From contig MU058221.1 of assembly GCA_013265495.1 (NCBI GenBank), forward strand, positions 310,001 through 374,000: 64,000 nucleotides of DNA, read 5' to 3'. Made by a program: the position numbers and the translations under genes. Of the stretch, positions 63,580-64,000 are shown piece after piece; position 1 is the first letter of the stretch; each line of letters begins with the position of its first letter. This stretch comes from Vicugna vicugna. Its lineage: Eukaryota. The notes below the pieces were generated by a model. The model made no database searches and was not told the DNA's origin. It was given only the letters and a program-made list of their open reading frames with translations.

Positions 63580-63973
63580 ACGATGCTTCCCATTTTGATT
63601 TTTATTGAATCTTGATACACTTGTTTTCAAAATTCAAAATCAAACTAAATTTATTAATTATTTGATTACCTACTTTGTCATAGTCATAGTCATCATAGCA
63701 TAGTTTATATGCAACTTATTATAATATTTTCTACATTTGTCTTGTCTTTTAATTGGCCATAATATTTGAACTTAAGGAATGTCAAGGTTGAGTCCCTTAC
63801 CTAGATACAGAAACAGAACGACAAAGACAGCAGGAATCGTACACGATATGCCCTTCCATTCAGTCACGCGCAGTGTGTCACTTTTTGTCCAACTTACCAT
63901 GAGAGCCGTTGAGTGTATATGACAGGACATATATCTGACTGCTGAAATGATGGACGTCTTTGAATGTGTGGAC
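63580..63973 (-). other. Candidate last two exons of an unidentified minus-strand gene (63973-63898 and 63800 to about 63580)
   Basis: Acceptor at 63974/63973, donor ATG|GTAAGT, a 97-nt intron with a pyrimidine tract ending TCTAG|, and AATAAA near 63655 and 63605. Confidence 0.4.
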
Positions 63974-64000
63974 CTGGCTTAATGAGAGAATATTATGAAT

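Noticed and set aside
1..64000. CRISPR arrays, operons or prokaryotic defence systems
   Set aside because: The DNA is mammalian, with no repeat-spacer arrays and no dense coding structure.

Overview
This is mammalian genomic DNA, most likely camelid (camel or alpaca). I infer that from a camelid-type tRNA-derived SINE at 12968 and several matching young LINE-1 3' tails. I recognise no host protein-coding gene; the only ORF-track entries I can identify are broken LINE-1 ORF1/ORF2 pieces, and the long GC-rich ORFs look like CpG-island artefacts. There are three CpG islands (about 1.0-1.6, 14.5-15.0 and 54.5-55.7 kb). Several well-formed minus-strand exon candidates lie near and between them, and a possible 3' end of another minus-strand gene sits at the right edge. 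A large share of the window is transposable elements: L1, L2, MIR, MaLR/ERVL, ERV solo LTRs with intact TSDs, and DNA-transposon MITEs. The best-supported unusual structure is a 1.3 kb composite insertion at 61.0-62.4 kb. A perfect 18-bp TSD encloses a 5'-inverted young L1, an apparently 3'-transduced old L1MC segment and a later solo LTR. More speculative are plus-strand exon-like segments with single in-frame stops (possible unitary pseudogene) and AG|GT dual splice sites. Repeat family names come from recalled consensus motifs, not a database search, and boundaries of old repeats are approximate. I found no demonstrably new biological system.
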